From: Opitutales bacterium
Lineage (GTDB): Bacteria; Verrucomicrobiota; Verrucomicrobiia; Opitutales; PNEW01
Direction: 5' to 3'
NCBI GenBank assembly: GCA_965219535.1
Contig: CBDCNV010000001.1
Location: 1,410,001-1,442,000 of the forward strand
Length of the DNA: 32,000 nt
Within the stretch, counting starts at the first letter, position 1. Each line of letters starts with the position of its first letter. Of the stretch, positions 1 to 9,372 are shown piece after piece. The position numbers were made by a program, and so were the translations under genes. The notes under the pieces are model-generated. The model made no database searches and had not been told where the DNA came from. It saw only the letters and a list, made by a program, of their open reading frames with translations.

Positions 1-306
1 GCTAGGGGCATCAATTTTCATCTGCCAGAATTCCTGTGCTGGCGGAGTAATAGCGGATTCCGCGATAATCGAAACTGAGCTTTCGATCCGGCGATCACTA
101 ATCACCGTCAGATGATCCCTTGCGGGACCATAAAATATTTGTTTTCCGTTTATCGCGACCCTTAGCTTTTGATCAGGATTGAGCTTTCGAAATCCCAGTC
201 TTAATCCAGTGTACCGCAAATCCATCGCGGTTGATGGGTTATTAAAATCTTCTCCGATCAATAATTTAAAATCATAGGTTTTATTGCCATTAAGCTCAAC
301 CGAGAG
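1..306 (-). CDS. Partial ORF open to the window edge. It is either the continuation of the 307..1584 ORF past an in-frame TAA, or the 5' part of a separate gene whose 3' end lies left of the window.
   Basis: I translated the minus strand by hand. The codons directly after the TAA at 307..309, in the same frame, stay open for 102 codons down to position 1 (LSVELNGNKTYDFKLLIGEDFNNPSTAMDLRYTGLRLGFRKLNPDQKLRVAINGKQIFYGPARDHLTVISDRRIESSVSIIAESAITPPAQEFWQMKIDAPS). The only in-frame ATG is at 223..225. The ORF is absent from the supplied track, probably because it has no stop inside the window. Confidence 0.45.
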
Positions 307-1584
307 TTACCTGTCATATATTTCAGGTTCTTCTCTATCCTGATAGTAGCCGTGAGTTATTCTATAAACTTTAGACTGCCGGTTGAGACTGGCGGGACTG
401 GAGAAGTAAGGCAGCAACTGGGGATCACCCGTGCCCATATTGAAGGTATACATACCATCAACACCCAGAGCCCAATAGTTGGCTGCCGCCGCACGTATCA
501 ATTCCGGTGTTATTCTATTCGCGGGTTTATCCACGTAGGTGTCGATAGATGGACTTTCGCTAAATGGATATGCCCACCCCATTGTTTGGTTCAGGCTAGG
601 GTAAACAGCGCATTTAGCTGCATGGGCCAGGCTTATCATTTCTTCTATCTGCATATCAAACGAAGTTCCCATTCTCGGTGCGGGAACGAGAACATCAACG
701 AGGCGTTTTTCCATCCAGCTCTTAATGTCGAGACCGATCCAATTACATCGCTCTAACGAGCTGGCGATTCGAGTCATGAGATAGTATTTTCTTCCATTTT
801 TATCACCTACGCTGTCTAGACGCTTACGTACTTTTTCGACGAGGTCGGTGATAAGATGCCCTTTATGAAAGCCTTCATTAAAGGGGAAGTAATAAAATGA
901 GCGTGTGAAATCCAGTTCTATGCCGTCCATGATGTCCTGGTAATGATCAATAATTTCATAAATCACCTCCAACCGATGTTGGCGTACTTCCTCATGACTA
1001 TAATCGAGAAGATTGGCATAGTTAGGATTGCTCTTTAAAGGAGACTCACCACTCGCTCCAATCCGAAGATGAGGATTATGCACCCAGAACTTACCGGTTG
1101 TTGGATTATTAAGTGGATCAATATTAACAAAATGACCGTCATTCATGCGATAACTGGGAAAGAAATAAAGTCCAAGCTCTTTGGCATGCTCACCAGCCAC
1201 GCGCGGACCGTCGAATCCAGCTTTAGTCAGTGCCTTTCCCGAACGTACGCGAAAGTTGAAGAAGGGATGGCTGTCCATGGATGTCTCTCTCCACCCCCAG
1301 TGCACGCCTGTCTTTGAAGGGTACTGGAGAAGATCGGATGTCGAACACACGCAATAGGCAAGTGTTCTCAAAGGCTTTCCCGCAGCGGTATCAATATGGT
1401 ATTCAATTCTATGCGCCGCCGTTTTAGGATCTAAACTGTTAAATGTGATCCCCCCATCAATATTAAAAATTACCCCGAAGTCTGGTAACGATTTCTCCGA
1501 AGATTGACCAGGTGTCACAGCCGTGGAATGGCTGTGTGCCATACTTAATAAAAATATGATGATGCATTTATTTATAACATTCAT
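307..1584 (-). CDS. Secreted protein, possibly a TIM-barrel glycoside-hydrolase-like enzyme (GHL10/DUF187-like). The function is uncertain.
   Basis: 425-aa ORF with an N-terminal signal-peptide-like segment (MNVINKCIIIFLLSMAHSHSTA). The MDGIELDFTRSFYYFP stretch resembles the D-G-h-x-h-D-h-x-R strand of GH-like TIM barrels. The family assignment comes from motif memory only. Confidence 0.5.
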   Translation of the reverse strand: MNVINKCIIIFLLSMAHSHSTAVTPGQSSEKSLPDFGVIFNIDGGITFNSLDPKTAAHRIEYHIDTAAGKPLRTLAYCVCSTSDLLQYPSKTGVHWGWRETSMDSHPFFNFRVRSGKALTKAGFDGPRVAGEHAKELGLYFFPSYRMNDGHFVNIDPLNNPTTGKFWVHNPHLRIGASGESPLKSNPNYANLLDYSHEEVRQHRLEVIYEIIDHYQDIMDGIELDFTRSFYYFPFNEGFHKGHLITDLVEKVRKRLDSVGDKNGRKYYLMTRIASSLERCNWIGLDIKSWMEKRLVDVLVPAPRMGTSFDMQIEEMISLAHAAKCAVYPSLNQTMGWAYPFSESPSIDTYVDKPANRITPELIRAAAANYWALGVDGMYTFNMGTGDPQLLPYFSSPASLNRQSKVYRITHGYYQDREEPEIYDR

Positions 1585-1776
1585 GGAGAGGGTTGGTGTT
1601 TATAGGTAATTAAATATTATTGAATTCATCCTTTAAATTTTTCCACAAAATATGATAGCTAAAACATCTCTGTGGCCTTAAAGAAGCAGGGTGAATTTGT
1701 ATGCTCATTTAAATGAATTAATAGTGACGTTTAACGTGTAATTTGATTACCGATGATAATTAAGAAACCTTATGTT

Positions 1777-3141
1777 CTATAGATCCTGATTAATCTTTTC
1801 CGCGGTACTGAGACCGGAAAGCATGCATTTCCCAACCGCTACACCTGTGCGGTAACTTCCCGAAATATAAAGATTGGGGTTATCGTATTCGATCTTCTCA
1901 ATTGTTTCCAAATACCGGCTATGGCCGATGTTAAATTGAGGTATAGCATTAAGCCAATGAAACTGTTTAAGGTAGACGGGATCCCCTTTTATCTCAAGCA
2001 GTTGGTTGAGATCATTTAAGACTAAAGATTTTTGTTCTTCTAATGGTGACGTTGCTAATTCGGGCTGACGAGCGCCGCCAATAAAAGTGGTTAAAAGAAC
2101 ATGACCTTCGGGGGCGTGGGTGGGAAAAACGGATGAGGTAAATAGAGTTCCCAGGATATTCATTTTTTCCTTTTCCGGAACAAGCATTCCAAAGCCATCT
2201 AAGGGATGATGGACATGCTCCCGCTTAAAACCGAAGACAAGAATAGAGACGGGGGTGTAGGGTATTGAGTCAAGCTGCTCCAGGCTCGATGAAATGTTTT
2301 TATCAAAGGGAAGTGAGGCCAGGGAATACGCTGGTGTAGTTATTACGAGGGCATCAAAATTGTCTTCTTTACCCTCATCGTGTCTCTTCCAAAGAATATT
2401 CCACTTTTCTTTTTTACTTATCGATGTGATTTCAACTCCGGTCTGAACCGGGTTGGTTAATTTTAAAGATATCGCTTTGCCCAGGGCTCCCATCCCATTT
2501 TTAAATGAAACTATGCGTTTTTTAAATGGTGGATGAGTATCCCTGCTTTTCCGGCGTGATTTTATCCCTCCTATGATCAATGAGCCGTATTCATTTTCCA
2601 GATTATAAAATAATGGAAATGCATATTGCGCAGAAAGTTTTTCAGGATCACCTGCGAAGACACCTGCGGCCAAAGGATTGATTGCGTAATCAAGTGCTTC
2701 TCTTCCAAGTCGACGACGCGTAAAATCGGCCAGGCTCTCCTCATCATTTATTTTCCTTTTCTGAATAAGGGGTTCCAGCAGAAGGCGAATTTTAGCGTGG
2801 GGAGAAAAAAGTGGTGATGTAATCAGGGAAAAGGGTGATTGGGGCAGGGGAACCGGTTTGCCTTTTTTTACGACGAAGCGGCGTTTTATTCCCGGATCAG
2901 TTTCAATGACTTCATTATCTACATTTATTTCTTTAAGAAAATGATCGAGCCCTTCTTCTAACACCCGCATGGTATTGGGTCCAGACTCTGCGATAAAACC
3001 ATCCTCGAATACCGTTTGAATAACTCCCCCGATAGTATTTTTCTTTTCCAGGACAGTTACTCGATTACCTAACTTATTCAATCGATAGGCAGTTGCTAAA
3101 CCAGTGATACCAGATCCAATAATAGCTACCGATTTCATCAA
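1777..3141 (-). CDS. hemY: FAD-dependent protoporphyrinogen oxidase (HemY/PPOX family)
   Basis: N-terminal dinucleotide-binding motif VAIIGSGITGLATAYRL...VLEKKNTIGG. It is 454 aa, the usual size for HemY, and is last in a co-directional hemF-hemE-hemY run. Confidence 0.85.
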   Translation of the reverse strand: MMKSVAIIGSGITGLATAYRLNKLGNRVTVLEKKNTIGGVIQTVFEDGFIAESGPNTMRVLEEGLDHFLKEINVDNEVIETDPGIKRRFVVKKGKPVPLPQSPFSLITSPLFSPHAKIRLLLEPLIQKRKINDEESLADFTRRRLGREALDYAINPLAAGVFAGDPEKLSAQYAFPLFYNLENEYGSLIIGGIKSRRKSRDTHPPFKKRIVSFKNGMGALGKAISLKLTNPVQTGVEITSISKKEKWNILWKRHDEGKEDNFDALVITTPAYSLASLPFDKNISSSLEQLDSIPYTPVSILVFGFKREHVHHPLDGFGMLVPEKEKMNILGTLFTSSVFPTHAPEGHVLLTTFIGGARQPELATSPLEEQKSLVLNDLNQLLEIKGDPVYLKQFHWLNAIPQFNIGHSRYLETIEKIEYDNPNLYISGSYRTGVAVGKCMLSGLSTAEKINQDL

Positions 3142-3178
3142 TATGGGTGGTTCTTATACAGTCTATGCCAATGACAGT

Positions 3179-4204
3179 TTATGAGAATCGATGAACTGTT
3201 TCGACCAGGGTTTCGACGTTTTCAATCTTTGCGTCGGGAAGTATTCCATGCCCGAGGTTAAAAATATGTCCGGGATCACCTCGCATGCTTTGTAATATTT
3301 TCTCTGCTTCATCACGTACCTTTTCGGGGTTGGCGGAGAGAATGGTGGGATCGAGATTTCCCTGTAGTGCAATCGAAGGTGAGACCATGGAGCGCAGCTC
3401 ATGCAATGGCATTTTCCAATCGACACTCAAAACACGAGATCCGGTCTGACACTGGTTGGTGGCGTGATGAGCCATTCCCTTGGCATAGAGAATTATGGGT
3501 AGTTCAGGGGGAAGAGCATCGATTATGTCTTTTATCCATCGCAAAGAAGCTTCCCAATAATCCCCGTCAGGGCAGAGGGCACCCCAACTATCGAATATTT
3601 GCAAAGCATCCACTCCCGCTTGAATTTTCAACTTGAAATAATCGATGAGTGATGAGGTTAATTTTTCCATCAGTGCGTTAAAGTTTTCACGGTCATCGGT
3701 GAAGAGACGCTTCACAGCCGAAAATTTATCTGAAGACCCCCCCTCGGTCATGTAGGCGGCGAGAGTCCAGGGTGAACCACCGAAACCGAGGATAGCCATT
3801 TCTGACCCGAGCTCTTTTCTAAGGAGAGTCAATGCGTCGAAAACATAAGAGAGTTTTTCATCGATCCTACTACACTCAAGATTATCGATCTGGTTCCTTG
3901 ACTCGATTTTATAATCCATCTTTATCCCCCCGCCATCTTTAAATTGGTAGCTTTGCCCAAGCGCCTCAGGGATAACGAGTATATCACTGAAGAGAATCGC
4001 GGCGTCGAAATCAAATCGGCGAAGCGGCTGCAATGAAATTTCAGTAGCAAGCGCCGGGGTGCGCACACATTCGAGAAAAGAATATTTTTCCTTGAGCTTC
4101 CGATATTCAGGTAGATAGCGACCCGCTTGGCGCATAATCCAGATGGGTGTGCAGTCGACCGGCTGACAATGGCAAGCAGCAAGAAATCTTTCGCGATGGG
4201 TCAT
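3179..4204 (-). CDS. hemE: Uroporphyrinogen decarboxylase
   Basis: Carries the signature PIWIMRQAGRYLPEYR and is 341 aa. Confidence 0.95.
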   Translation of the reverse strand: MTHRERFLAACHCQPVDCTPIWIMRQAGRYLPEYRKLKEKYSFLECVRTPALATEISLQPLRRFDFDAAILFSDILVIPEALGQSYQFKDGGGIKMDYKIESRNQIDNLECSRIDEKLSYVFDALTLLRKELGSEMAILGFGGSPWTLAAYMTEGGSSDKFSAVKRLFTDDRENFNALMEKLTSSLIDYFKLKIQAGVDALQIFDSWGALCPDGDYWEASLRWIKDIIDALPPELPIILYAKGMAHHATNQCQTGSRVLSVDWKMPLHELRSMVSPSIALQGNLDPTILSANPEKVRDEAEKILQSMRGDPGHIFNLGHGILPDAKIENVETLVETVHRFS

Positions 4205-4223
4205 AGATAAAAATCTCTAAAGT

Positions 4224-5141
4224 TCAGCTTTGGTCTTCCAACCAATCCTGGGGTTTAAGAAATTTTTCATATAATTTTGCTTCCACACTTCCTTTTTCCG
4301 GATGCCAGTTATATTCCCAACGTACGAGGGGCGGCAGTGACATAAGAATTGATTCTGTGCGTCCACCCGATTGCAGACCGAAGAGAGTGCCACGGTCATA
4401 AACGAGATTAAATTCAACATACCTGCCTCGACGGTAGAGTTGAAAATGACGTTCACGCTCACCATAGGGGTGATCTTTTCGCCTGACGACGATAGGGTGA
4501 TAAGCGAGTTTAAAATTATCTCCAACACTTCTTACGAAAGCAAATGATTGATCGAAGTCCAATTCATTGAAATCATCAAAGAAGAGACCACCTACACCGC
4601 GTGTTTCCTGGCGATGTTCAAGATAAAAATAGCGATCGCAATTCTCCTTGAATCGTTGATACAGTCCTTTCCCGAAAGGATCGCATGCTTTTTTTGCCGT
4701 GCTATGCCATGCGACAGCATCTTCCTCAAATCCGTAGTAGGGTGTCAGGTCAAAACCGCCTCCAAACCACCAGACTGAAGGGTAATTATCGTTTTTCGTC
4801 ATCACCAATCGAACATTCATATGAGTCGTTGGGACAAATGGATTTAGCGGATGGAAAACCAGAGATACGCCCATCGCCCGAAACCCACGGCCTTTTAATT
4901 CCGGTCGTAATGCCGTTGCTGAGGGGGGAAGGTTATTACCTTCGATATCCGAAAAATTTATCCCCGCCTTTTCAAAAACTTTACCCTCTTCAAAAATTCG
5001 AGAGAGACCACCGCCCACTTCATAATTCCAACTGTCCTCCCGGAAACTACCCTCGGGATCCAACGCTTCTATTTCCGCGCAAAGGGAATTCTGAAGGTTT
5101 TTAAAATAACTACTTACCTCCTCGGTTTTAATATTATCCAT
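4224..5141 (-). CDS. hemF: Oxygen-dependent coproporphyrinogen-III oxidase
   Basis: Typical HemF blocks are present ([35 protein letters not shown]). It is 305 aa. Confidence 0.95.
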   Translation of the reverse strand: MDNIKTEEVSSYFKNLQNSLCAEIEALDPEGSFREDSWNYEVGGGLSRIFEEGKVFEKAGINFSDIEGNNLPPSATALRPELKGRGFRAMGVSLVFHPLNPFVPTTHMNVRLVMTKNDNYPSVWWFGGGFDLTPYYGFEEDAVAWHSTAKKACDPFGKGLYQRFKENCDRYFYLEHRQETRGVGGLFFDDFNELDFDQSFAFVRSVGDNFKLAYHPIVVRRKDHPYGERERHFQLYRRGRYVEFNLVYDRGTLFGLQSGGRTESILMSLPPLVRWEYNWHPEKGSVEAKLYEKFLKPQDWLEDQS

Positions 5142-5244
5142 ACGATATGAGGATTGATAGCAATAAGAGAGAAAAGTCTTTTAAATTACTATACATGTCG
5201 AGTTTAAAGAGGGTATAGTATTTCTACTCTGATAATACTGATCA

Positions 5245-6177
5245 ATGATAGAAATGAGAGAAGAGAAGATGGCTGATAGCGAGGGTAAAACATTGACTAT
5301 ATTTGGTTGTGGTTACGTTGGCTCAGCCCTTGCGCGGCTGGCCATAAATGACGGCATGTGTGTTGCCGCCTTAACCAGGAATCACGACAAGGCGAATGGT
5401 TTACGAGAACTAGGGGTAAACCCGGTAATTGAAGCTGAATTGGATTCCACTACCTGGCACGATAAGCTTAATCCAAGACAGGATTTTGTTCTCAATTGTG
5501 TCAGCTCAGGAGGCGGAGGGTTGGCAGCTTATCAAAAATCGTACTATCAGGGGCAATCATCGATTCTAAGCTGGGTGAATGAGGGTAGTGTGGGCACGTT
5601 AGTCTTTACCAGCAGTACATCCGTATACCCCCAAACCAGTGGCAAGTGGATTGATGAAGCATTTACTCACGAAGGGGCATCGAAAGAGGGCAAAGTATTA
5701 CTCGATGCGGAACATTTACTCACCGCTAACGTAAAGGGAATCGAACGCTATTTTATTCTTCGTCTCGCGGGTATTTACGGACCGGGGAGACATCATCTAC
5801 TGGATCAGTTGCGGAAAGGACGTATCCAGGTGGAAGATTATATTGAACGGCATCTTAATATTATCCATCGGGATGATATATGTTCGGCCATTTACGCTTG
5901 CCTATTTGCGCCGGATGAAATGAAGAACCAGATCTTGAATGTAGCCGATGATAATCCTGAGCGAAAAAAGATTCTTCTCCATTGGCTGGGAGAAAAAATC
6001 GGAAAGTCACCACACACTTGTCAACTGATGAAAGCTAAGCAGAATCAATGGAGAGAGACAAAGAGGAGAAGGGTCCTGCCGGATCGAAAGATCAGTAATA
6101 AAAAAATAAAATCGATGCTCGGATGGAGTCCGGCATATCCATCATATAAAGATGGCTATCAAGCTATCCTTTCATAA
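5245..6177 (+). CDS. NAD(P)-binding Rossmann-fold protein, SDR / NAD-dependent epimerase family
   Basis: Glycine-rich motif LTIFGCGYVGSALA near the N-terminus. The true start may be the internal ATG giving MADSEGK (5269). The substrate is unknown. Confidence 0.6.
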   Translation: MIEMREEKMADSEGKTLTIFGCGYVGSALARLAINDGMCVAALTRNHDKANGLRELGVNPVIEAELDSTTWHDKLNPRQDFVLNCVSSGGGGLAAYQKSYYQGQSSILSWVNEGSVGTLVFTSSTSVYPQTSGKWIDEAFTHEGASKEGKVLLDAEHLLTANVKGIERYFILRLAGIYGPGRHHLLDQLRKGRIQVEDYIERHLNIIHRDDICSAIYACLFAPDEMKNQILNVADDNPERKKILLHWLGEKIGKSPHTCQLMKAKQNQWRETKRRRVLPDRKISNKKIKSMLGWSPAYPSYKDGYQAILS

Positions 6178-6220
6178 ATACAATAAGCTGAATTGCGTGG
6201 TATTAGACATGGGTATCCAC

Positions 6221-6249
6221 TTGACTCATGAGAAATGCTTAACGATAGT
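6221..6249 (+). promoter_or_regulatory. Candidate sigma70-type promoter for ybaB-recR
   Basis: TTGACT (6221..6226), a 17-nt spacer, then GATAGT (6244..6249), about 45 nt upstream of the ybaB ATG. An AAGGA Shine-Dalgarno sits just before the ATG. Confidence 0.3.
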
Positions 6250-6293
6250 TTTACTAAATTTAATTACGCAAATTAATTGAACGAAGGATAAAG

Positions 6294-6602
6294 ATGCCCG
6301 GGGTTGGTAAGCTGTTAAAGCAAGCGCAAAAAATGCAGAAAAAAATGGAAGCTCTGCAGGAGGAGCTGGCGCTCAGGGAAATAGAAATCTCCAGTGGCGG
6401 CGGTGCAGTTAAAATAAAAGTGAATGGCCAGCAAGAAGTGATGGCTATCACGCTCGACGAGGAATTCTTGAAAGAGGATAAAGAATTTGTCGAAGAAACA
6501 ATACTGAACGCAATACAGGAAGCTCTTGCCAAAGCGAAGGAAATGAACGAAGAGGAAATGGGTAAAATTACCGGCGGTTTGAATTTTCCCGGTTTGGGGT
6601 AA
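6294..6602 (+). CDS. ybaB: Nucleoid-associated protein YbaB/EbfC
   Basis: 102 aa with the characteristic KQAQKMQKKMEALQEEL...GGGAVKIKVNG pattern. It is followed by recR, which is the conserved synteny. Confidence 0.9.
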   Translation: MPGVGKLLKQAQKMQKKMEALQEELALREIEISSGGGAVKIKVNGQQEVMAITLDEEFLKEDKEFVEETILNAIQEALAKAKEMNEEEMGKITGGLNFPGLG

Positions 6603-6661
6603 TCCTTGCTTAATCTTCTATATATTTCGAAAAAGGGTATCGATAATTCCGGATAATAGGC

Positions 6662-7258
6662 ATGACGCCAACTTTTGAAAAACTGCAGAAAGTCCTAAAA
6701 AAACTACCCGGATTGGGCTATCGGTCGGCAGAGCGTATCGCCCTGCACATGACAGTGGAAAACCCGGAAATTCTCCCTCAGCTTTTAGAATCTCTGCAGG
6801 AGTCATTAGATAAAATCCGCCGATGCAGTATATGTGGCAACCTCTGTGAAGATGAGAAGTGTGATATATGTGCCCATCCAAAACGTAATCATGCCCAAAT
6901 TTGTGTGGTCGAGCAAGTTCCCGATCTGATTGCTATCGAGCGTTCAGCAGCCTATGGAGGAAGTTACCATGTGCTGCATGGTAAAATCTCACCGATCCAC
7001 GAAGTTGGACCAGACGATCTGAATTTTGCATCGTTGAAGGGGAGGCTGGAATCTGGAACAGTGGAGGAAATAATTCTCGCTTTATCCAATGAGATAGAAG
7101 GGGAGGCTACCTGTCATTACATCCAGGATACCATAATTGGCGATCTCCCGATCGAAGTCTCCCGAATCGGGTTTGGATTACCCAGCGGCGGCGGCATCGT
7201 TTACGCGGATGCGGTGACGCTGAAAAGCGCGCTTGAAGGTCGTCGTGAATATCATTAA
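6662..7258 (+). CDS. recR: Recombination protein RecR
   Basis: LPGLGYRSAERIA helix-hairpin-helix, a C4 zinc finger (CSICGNLCEDEKCDIC), then a Toprim-like segment. It is 198 aa. Confidence 0.95.
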   Translation: MTPTFEKLQKVLKKLPGLGYRSAERIALHMTVENPEILPQLLESLQESLDKIRRCSICGNLCEDEKCDICAHPKRNHAQICVVEQVPDLIAIERSAAYGGSYHVLHGKISPIHEVGPDDLNFASLKGRLESGTVEEIILALSNEIEGEATCHYIQDTIIGDLPIEVSRIGFGLPSGGGIVYADAVTLKSALEGRREYH

Positions 7259-7313
7259 TAGCACGCGTTTCTATTGAGTGAAAGAGACAACAAATCGTTT
7301 AAATCAGGTAAAT

Positions 7314-7387
7314 GCGGACGTAGTATAGAGGTAATACGTGAGCTTCCCAAGCTTGAATCGAGGGTTCGATTCCCTCCGTCCGCACCA
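7314..7387 (+). tRNA. tRNA-Gly (anticodon CCC), CCA encoded
   Basis: Cloverleaf folded by hand. Acceptor stem GCGGACG/CGTCCGC, D arm GTAT-AGAGGTA-ATAC, anticodon stem-loop TGAGC-TTCCCAA-GCTTG, T arm GAGGG-TTCGATT-CCCTC, discriminator A, then CCA. Confidence 0.9.
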
Positions 7388-7480
7388 GCCTTCGCCCGTT
7401 GGGCTACGGCTGGCAGGCCAGCTGTCAGCAATCTAGTGGCAATAGGTCTTTTAAAGGTTTACCTGCTTAGGCGAAGGCTG
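7386..7480 (+). other. GC-rich long-range stem-loop abutting the tRNA-Gly 3' end
   Basis: An 11-bp perfect inverted repeat, CAGCCTTCGCC (7386..7396) and GGCGAAGGCTG (7470..7480), encloses an inner hairpin GCTGG-CAGG-CCAGC. The left arm overlaps the last two bases of the tRNA CCA. Confidence 0.4.
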
Positions 7481-7861
7481 CGCGCTTTAGCTCGAAGAGC
7501 GGTGGCGGGCATTTCATTTTCGTCAGCCGAGAGCATTCCAGATTGATCAACACAAGCAGGAAAACCCGGGATTACCCCGTTTTAGCACCAGCATTCAGTC
7601 CCAATACCGTGAATCGCTTTTAACCTTGTAAGACCGCTGGAATTCTGTGAAAAATTGAAATGTAAATAAGTTAAAGTGATCAGCATAAGACAGCTTTATT
7701 TGATAGCTATCATGTAATAAATTCTTACTGTAGACACTTGATTTCTATAAAATTAATAGGAAAACTTGCCCCTATAACATCATTCAGGTCTTAGTTCCCG
7801 TGTCATTAAGTAAGATTCTGATATTAGAAAATATGACACTTAATATATGAAAAGAGGATAA

Positions 7862-8119
7862 ATGAATATCTACGTTGGAAATCTACCCTATAGTGTAACA
7901 GAACAAGATTTGAGAGAACTTTTTGAATCATATGGCGAGGTCTCATCAGCAAACGTCATTATTGATAAATTTACGAAGCGATCTAAAGGTTTTGGTTTTG
8001 TCGAAATGCCGTCGCAGGACGAATCGATGGAAGCAATTGACAAGATAAATGACCAGGATTTTCAGGGTCGTAATCTCAAGGTCAATGAAGCGAAACCTCG
8101 CAACGACAATTATCGATAA
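7862..8119 (+). CDS. RRM-type (RNP-1/RNP-2) RNA-binding protein
   Basis: RNP-2 NIYVGNLPY and RNP-1 KGFGFVEM are present. It is 85 aa, with a strong AGAGGA Shine-Dalgarno upstream. Confidence 0.9.
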   Translation: MNIYVGNLPYSVTEQDLRELFESYGEVSSANVIIDKFTKRSKGFGFVEMPSQDESMEAIDKINDQDFQGRNLKVNEAKPRNDNYR

Positions 8120-8331
8120 AGAAGCGAGCGTCGCGCACAGTTAAGACATTTAAAAATCGATCAGAGGATTGTTCCGCGGATTATATAATCAACGCGGTTT
8201 ACGATAAAGATAGGTCAGATAGGCTCTTGCGATGGGAAGTCTCTATCCCAAAATAAATTCTTGATCTTATTTAGGAATAAAATGATTGGTATACTACTCA
8301 AAAGGGGTAGTCTTCTATTTCGAAGCCAATT

Positions 8332-9312
8332 ATGGTCTTAAAATCAACCGTCGAGATCCCGATATTCAACGATACGCTCGTTGCCCATAATCGCGTGCTA
8401 CGCCGGGCCAAGCCGGAGATTCTTCAATTAAATGTTGGTAAGATTTGCAATCTTACTTGCATCCACTGCCATGTGAATGCTGGTCCGGGCCGAAAAGAAA
8501 TGATGACCCGTGAAACGATAGACAAAATTTTAGGTTGGTTGGAGCCGATCGAGATCCCTATCGTGGATCTCACCGGTGGAGCACCGGAGATGATCCCCGA
8601 TTTTAAATACCTGATCTTAGAACTTAAGAAACAGAACCATTCCCGGCACTTGATTGATCGTTGTAATCTCACCATACTCAATGAGCCTGGATATGAAGAT
8701 CTTGCTGAATTTCTTGGAGAACATAAAGTTGAAATAGTCGCCTCAATGCCCTGTTACACTCCGGACAACGTTGAAAAACAGCGTGGTGAGGGAGTCTTTG
8801 ACAGCAGTATAACCGCTTTAAAACTGCTCAACGCGTTAGGTTACGGAATTGACCCTCAATTAACTCTCCACCTGGTGTATAATCCCGTTGGTATTTCACT
8901 ACCGCCCGATCAAAGTGAATTAGAATCTGATTACAAACGAGAACTTAAGAAAAGCTTTGGTATTGATTTCAACAATCTTTACACCATAACCAATTTACCC
9001 ATTGCACGTTTCCTTTCGTATCTCAGGAGTAACTCTAAATATGAGGAATACATGAATCTATTAGTTGAGAGTTTCAATCCACAAGCTGTAGAGGGACTGA
9101 TGTGCCGCAATACAATAAGTGTCGGCTGGGAGGGTGACGTTTTCGACTGCGACTTTAATCAAATGATCAATCTGCCAATGGCTGGGAATAAACGTAAATT
9201 TATTTGGGATGTCGATTTTCAGTCGCTTGAGGATTTACCCATTCAAACCGGGAATCACTGTTATGGATGTACCGCCGGCGCTGGTTCAAGTTGTAAAGGA
9301 GCTATAAATTAA
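8332..9312 (+). CDS. arsS: Radical SAM / Cys-rich-domain protein of the ArsS type (arsenosugar biosynthesis)
   Basis: CX3CX2C cluster motif in GKICNLTCIHCHV, and a C-terminal Cys-rich tail NHCYGCTAGAGSSCKG. It lies immediately upstream of an ArsM-like methyltransferase. Confidence 0.75.
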   Translation: MVLKSTVEIPIFNDTLVAHNRVLRRAKPEILQLNVGKICNLTCIHCHVNAGPGRKEMMTRETIDKILGWLEPIEIPIVDLTGGAPEMIPDFKYLILELKKQNHSRHLIDRCNLTILNEPGYEDLAEFLGEHKVEIVASMPCYTPDNVEKQRGEGVFDSSITALKLLNALGYGIDPQLTLHLVYNPVGISLPPDQSELESDYKRELKKSFGIDFNNLYTITNLPIARFLSYLRSNSKYEEYMNLLVESFNPQAVEGLMCRNTISVGWEGDVFDCDFNQMINLPMAGNKRKFIWDVDFQSLEDLPIQTGNHCYGCTAGAGSSCKGAIN

Positions 9313-9372
9313 AAATTGGAATAAAAATTATTTACAGGCACTATAAATCTTTTTAAAAAACCTTTACAGAAA

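Noticed and set aside
352-1317. Plus-strand ORFs of 134 and 82 aa inside the 307..1584 gene, and similar antisense or overlapping ORFs throughout the track (for example 2626..2817, 3367..3636, 4548..5104, 12619..13017, 26732..27242)
   Set aside because: Each lies entirely within a longer opposite-strand or alternate-frame ORF that has clear family motifs. None has motifs of its own.
1777-3141. Alternative call of the FAD oxidase as coproporphyrinogen oxidase CgoX (coproporphyrin-dependent haem branch)
   Set aside because: An oxygen-dependent HemF sits in the same operon, which implies the protoporphyrin-dependent route. I therefore kept HemY (protoporphyrinogen oxidase), although sequence alone cannot fully separate the two.
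7274-7546. 90-aa plus-strand ORF from the track
   Set aside because: It runs straight through tRNA-Gly (7314..7387) and the GC-rich hairpin region. Its low-complexity Ala/Arg-rich translation is typical of a GC-rich non-coding read-through.
7388-7560. Possible SRP (4.5S) RNA, given the ybaB-recR neighbourhood and a GCTGGCAGG string reminiscent of the 4.5S 3' half
   Set aside because: I could not find the conserved domain-IV features on either strand (a GGAA-type tetraloop hairpin flanked by AGGUC...GAAGCAGCC-like symmetric and asymmetric loops).
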